DNA of 64,000 nt from Felis catus. Its lineage: Eukaryota. Below are positions 60,500-64,000 of the stretch, piece by piece. A program made the position numbers and the translations under genes. The DNA is taken from assembly GCF_018350175.1 (NCBI RefSeq), contig NC_058373.1, forward strand, positions 15,748,001 to 15,812,000. The letters are read 5' to 3'. The notes beneath the pieces were generated by a model. It was not told where the DNA came from and made no database searches. It saw only the letters and a list, made by a program, of their open reading frames with translations. Positions within the stretch are counted from its first letter, which is position 1. Each line of letters starts with the position of its first letter.

Positions 60500-61290
60500 C
60501 CAGACCTCCTCTTCCAGCAGCAGACTCCACTTCGGCGAATGGCACCTTCCTTCACCCAGCTCACTAAGGCGGAAGCTGGTGTTGTCTTCCCTTCGCCCCT
60601 ACCCTCAGGCTCCACATTTCAGTAATGACCAACTCTGACCTATACCTCAAGTCTACCCACTTCTCTAACTGACACCTCACACTTGCATGCCCAACTGGGA
60701 ACCCTTGCTTTGTACCCCCAACGTCCCAAAGTTCTCACAACCTTCTCCGCCCCACAGTGCTTGAGTTCCTCTGGCAGGGGAAACCTCGACATTTTCCTTG
60801 ACTTCTCTTTCTCTCCCACATTCAACCAGTGAGAAAACCTGTTGGCTCTTTGGTAGACATTTGTCCATGATGTAACTGCTTCTCATTGCCATCTCTGTTC
60901 CCCTGATCAGGCCACCAAGATATATTGCTTGGACTATTACAGTAGCTCTGCTAGTAAGGCTTCCGGACATGCTCATTTATATTTCCCACATGGAAGCCAA
61001 AGCAATCTATAGAGACTTTTTCTGGCTTCCACATCTAAACTAGCTACTGCACTTTCTTTGTTGCTCACATCGCTTGTTTTATTTCCTTCACAGCCCATGC
61101 AGTGGTCATTTTGGGGAATGCGTATAAACATTTTTCCTTGTTTTTTTTTTTTTTCAATGTCCTTTATGTTTTTTTTTCCCCATCAGAATGCAAGCTCCGT
61201 GAGAAACAGAGATGTTCACCGTTGTAGTGTGACTTATACAGTTTCTGGTATATAGTAGAAGCTCATGTAAAAAGGATTGAATAAATAAGT
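60500..61290 (+). mobile_element. L2 fragments
   Basis: ccttgacttctctttctctcccacattcaacca..., cagaatgcaagctccgtgag...gaataaataa. Confidence 0.7.
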
Positions 61291-61496
61291 GTGGGAGTTA
61301 CTATTAGCCCAGAAATAAGCTAGGACCAGACCTGCTGCTAGAACCCTTCAATAGTTCTGACTATAAAGAAGGGTCATACTCACGGCAGCAGATAAGAGTG
61401 AGGATATACACACGGAGAGAGTTATCGGTGAAGTCTCTGTTTACCTGGAGTTAGTTGAAGAAATGTCAGATTTTGGTATTTGATGCTAGGAATTCT

Positions 61497-61720
61497 TTTT
61501 TTTTAATTTTTTTATTACATTTATTTATTTTTGAGAGACAGAGAGAGAGCACGAGCAGGGGAGGAGCAGAGAGAGAGACACACACAGAATCCGAAGCAGG
61601 CTCCAGGCTCCGAGCTGTCAGCACAGAGCCCGACGCGGGGGCTCGAACCCACGAACCGTGAGATTGTGACCTGAGCAGAAGTCGGACGCTTAACCGACTG
61701 AGCCGCCACTCAGGCGCCCC
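61497..61720 (-). mobile_element. Can-SINE
   Basis: TSD gatgcta(g/t)gaattct. Confidence 0.96.
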
Positions 61721-62224
61721 GATGCTATGAATTCTAATTGTCAGTTTTATTATGGAAGAGGTATGAATGGATGGCATCATATAAATATGAACAGCCTTGC
61801 TGATCCTCTACTGGTATTTGAAGTCGGCTGTAAATTTCTATTGTTTCAAAGGCAAGTCATTGCTTATTAATGACTTCAATTTCTATCCATGCATTCCCTG
61901 AATGAAACATTATTGCCTGACCTAACACAGCAAATCCGTCCCTTTCAAAACTGTAAACATTAGATTTGGATAGAAACAAAGCCGCGATGCTCTACAGGAA
62001 GCAAACTTGGTCACATCGGGAAAATTTTCATCCAAATGGGATAAAGAAGTTGATTAGGAGAGACTCACAGAGGAGCAGGTTGTCGCCTGAGCTGGTCTAC
62101 GGTTAAAAAAAAATAATACTAATAACAAGTAAATATTAAAAAATGAAATAAATCTTGTTTCCTTTCTGCTGTCAAAAGCTCTGTATAAAAACAACAACAA
62201 CAACAAAAAAGCTGGGATTTCCAA

Positions 62225-62828
62225 CTCAAAGAACGGGAGATCAGATTTGTAGTTGCAAGAGGTAGGGAGTGGACAAAAGTCAAAGAGAACAAAACTCTGG
62301 TCCTAAGGCAAATAAGCACTAGGGATGTAAAGTGTAACAGTGTTGATTATAATTAACACTGTCGTGTGGTATAGAGGGAAATTGTTAAAAAAAGCAGATC
62401 CTGGGAGCGCGTGGGTGGCTCAGTCAGTTGGGAACCCGACTGTGGCTCGGGTCGTCATCTTGTGGTTCGTGGGCTCGTGGGTTTGTGGGTTTGTGAGCTC
62501 CAGCCCCACACTGGGCTCTCTGCTGTCAGTGCGGAGCCTGCTTTGGGTCCTATGTCCCCCTCTCTCTGCCCCACCCCGCTTGCTTGCTCTCTGTCTCTCG
62601 CTCTCCCTCTCAAAAATAAACATTAAAAAAAGAGAAAGAGTAGATTGTAAGACCTCTTATACAAGAAACAACAACAAAAAAATCTATGTCTATTTGAGAT
62701 ACGGATGTTAAGTGAAATTACTTTGGTTACAATGGACGTATGTACGTAACTCAAATCACGATCCCACACACGGCAGACTCGTACAATGCTGTACATAAAT
62801 TGTATCTCATTAAAACGGGGAAAAAAAG
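62225..62828 (+). mobile_element. L1MA-type 3'UTR fragment
   Basis: gatcagatttgtagttgcaagagg, aataagcactagggatgtaa, tacaatgctgtacataaattgtatctcattaaaac. Confidence 0.8.
62403..62632 (+). mobile_element. Can-SINE inside L1 3'UTR
   Basis: Head and tail, with an internal gtggg(t/c)t(c/t) 8-mer expansion. Confidence 0.92.
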
Positions 62829-64000
62829 AGTTGGTTCTGAGGACAGCGGTGAAGGAAGGCATAAAGTGAGCGCAAGGAATGGGCCAGCAGAGATTTTCCA
62901 CAGGTGAAGAGGAACCCGGGAAACAGGGCAGAGAAGGGGGTGAGGAGAGGCATTCAAGAACCTCAAGAAAGTGAGCCTGATGCTGAGCTGATGAGAGAAC
63001 CTGGTGCATCTCTGTTGCATTTCTCCAAGTGCCTAACACCCTTCTGAGCAAATCCCTGGTACATTACACCCCTGCCGTTGCAATAAATAATTCATTCACG
63101 GTTGTGTGTAGGGAGGAAGGAAACGGCACCATTTTGACTTTCAACGGGGACTTCCACTTTTTCTTCAAGGAAAATAAGTACTTCTCACCTCTGCTAACAT
63201 CTCCCGATTGCAAGGAAGGCGGTACGCAAATTTCTATACCTGGCTGGCAAACAGCATTATTTGCCTGCCTTTGAATTCAGAAGCTGTCACTTCTGGGTTT
63301 CTTTTGTAAGATACAGTTCCCATAACAACATGAGGAGCCAGACCTCTCTGGGGCCTCCTGCGGAGCTCTGGAATCTTCTTTGCCTCAGAGGAAGGGAAGA
63401 GAATGCCAGCAATCCTGCCCAGGCTTCCTTGTTGACATGCACTCACATCCGGAAGTGGGGCAATCAGCATCACCAAGGGCAAATCCACTCTGCTCCCAGG
63501 TTACTGTAAATTACGCAGCGTTTCAAATGGCAAAGCTGCATTTTTAAACCTATCAGCTAATGACTGAAAGAAGGAGCTATTATAAAATATTCTCAGAGTC
63601 TGAAAAATAGATGTATGTCTCAGGGAAAGCCGGTGATGTTGATAAGGCCTCTCTACATTTCAAAACATTGTATAAATATGTGTGCATGAAAACATTTGCA
63701 TATATACTTAAATATATACGTAGAGCCCTTAGAAAGGATTAGTCACTTAAATTTTCTAAAGAAGAGTGGTTTAGGGGAAAAAATGATATCCACAGAATTT
63801 AGGACAATTAGTACCTTAGATGCGTAACTCTACTAGTAGAGACCCCAAAGCAAACATGTTTAGAATAAAGCTCCAAATTCAGAGGAGTAGCCAGTGAATT
63901 ACAAAGTAACACAGAAATACCTAGAAATGTCCTATTTTTAATAAATCCACTTCCTAGTTGCTTTTTACTTTTTTAGTAATTTTTGTTATGGTTATTTCTA

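Overview
Mammalian, non-prokaryotic DNA from a cat-family (felid) genome, judged from about 27 tRNA-derived Can-SINE copies including young SINEC_Fc-type ones. It is a draft scaffold with four N gaps (23141-23383, 50491-50677, 50748-51080, 51165-51329). The window is AT-rich intronic or intergenic sequence dominated by interspersed repeats: Can-SINEs, nested L1 fragments, L2 and MIR relics, MaLR/ERVL LTRs, Tigger and hAT MITEs, and microsatellites. I recognise no named protein-coding gene, and almost every ORF in the supplied track is a repeat-derived or chance ORF. There is no CRISPR array, rRNA or intact tRNA. The most notable non-repeat signal is a chain of minus-strand exon candidates between about 36.8 and 52.2 kb. 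They have good splice sites and compatible phases and splice into an unrecognised ORF of about 140-150 aa. This could be an unannotated gene, a decaying gene or a lncRNA, and it is unproven. Other points of interest are an ERVL gag-like open remnant, a perfect 14-bp-stem hairpin, an abutting inverted SINE pair, a recursive-splice-like motif and a tRNA-Ile-like relic. Repeat subfamily names come from recalled consensus similarity, not from a database search.
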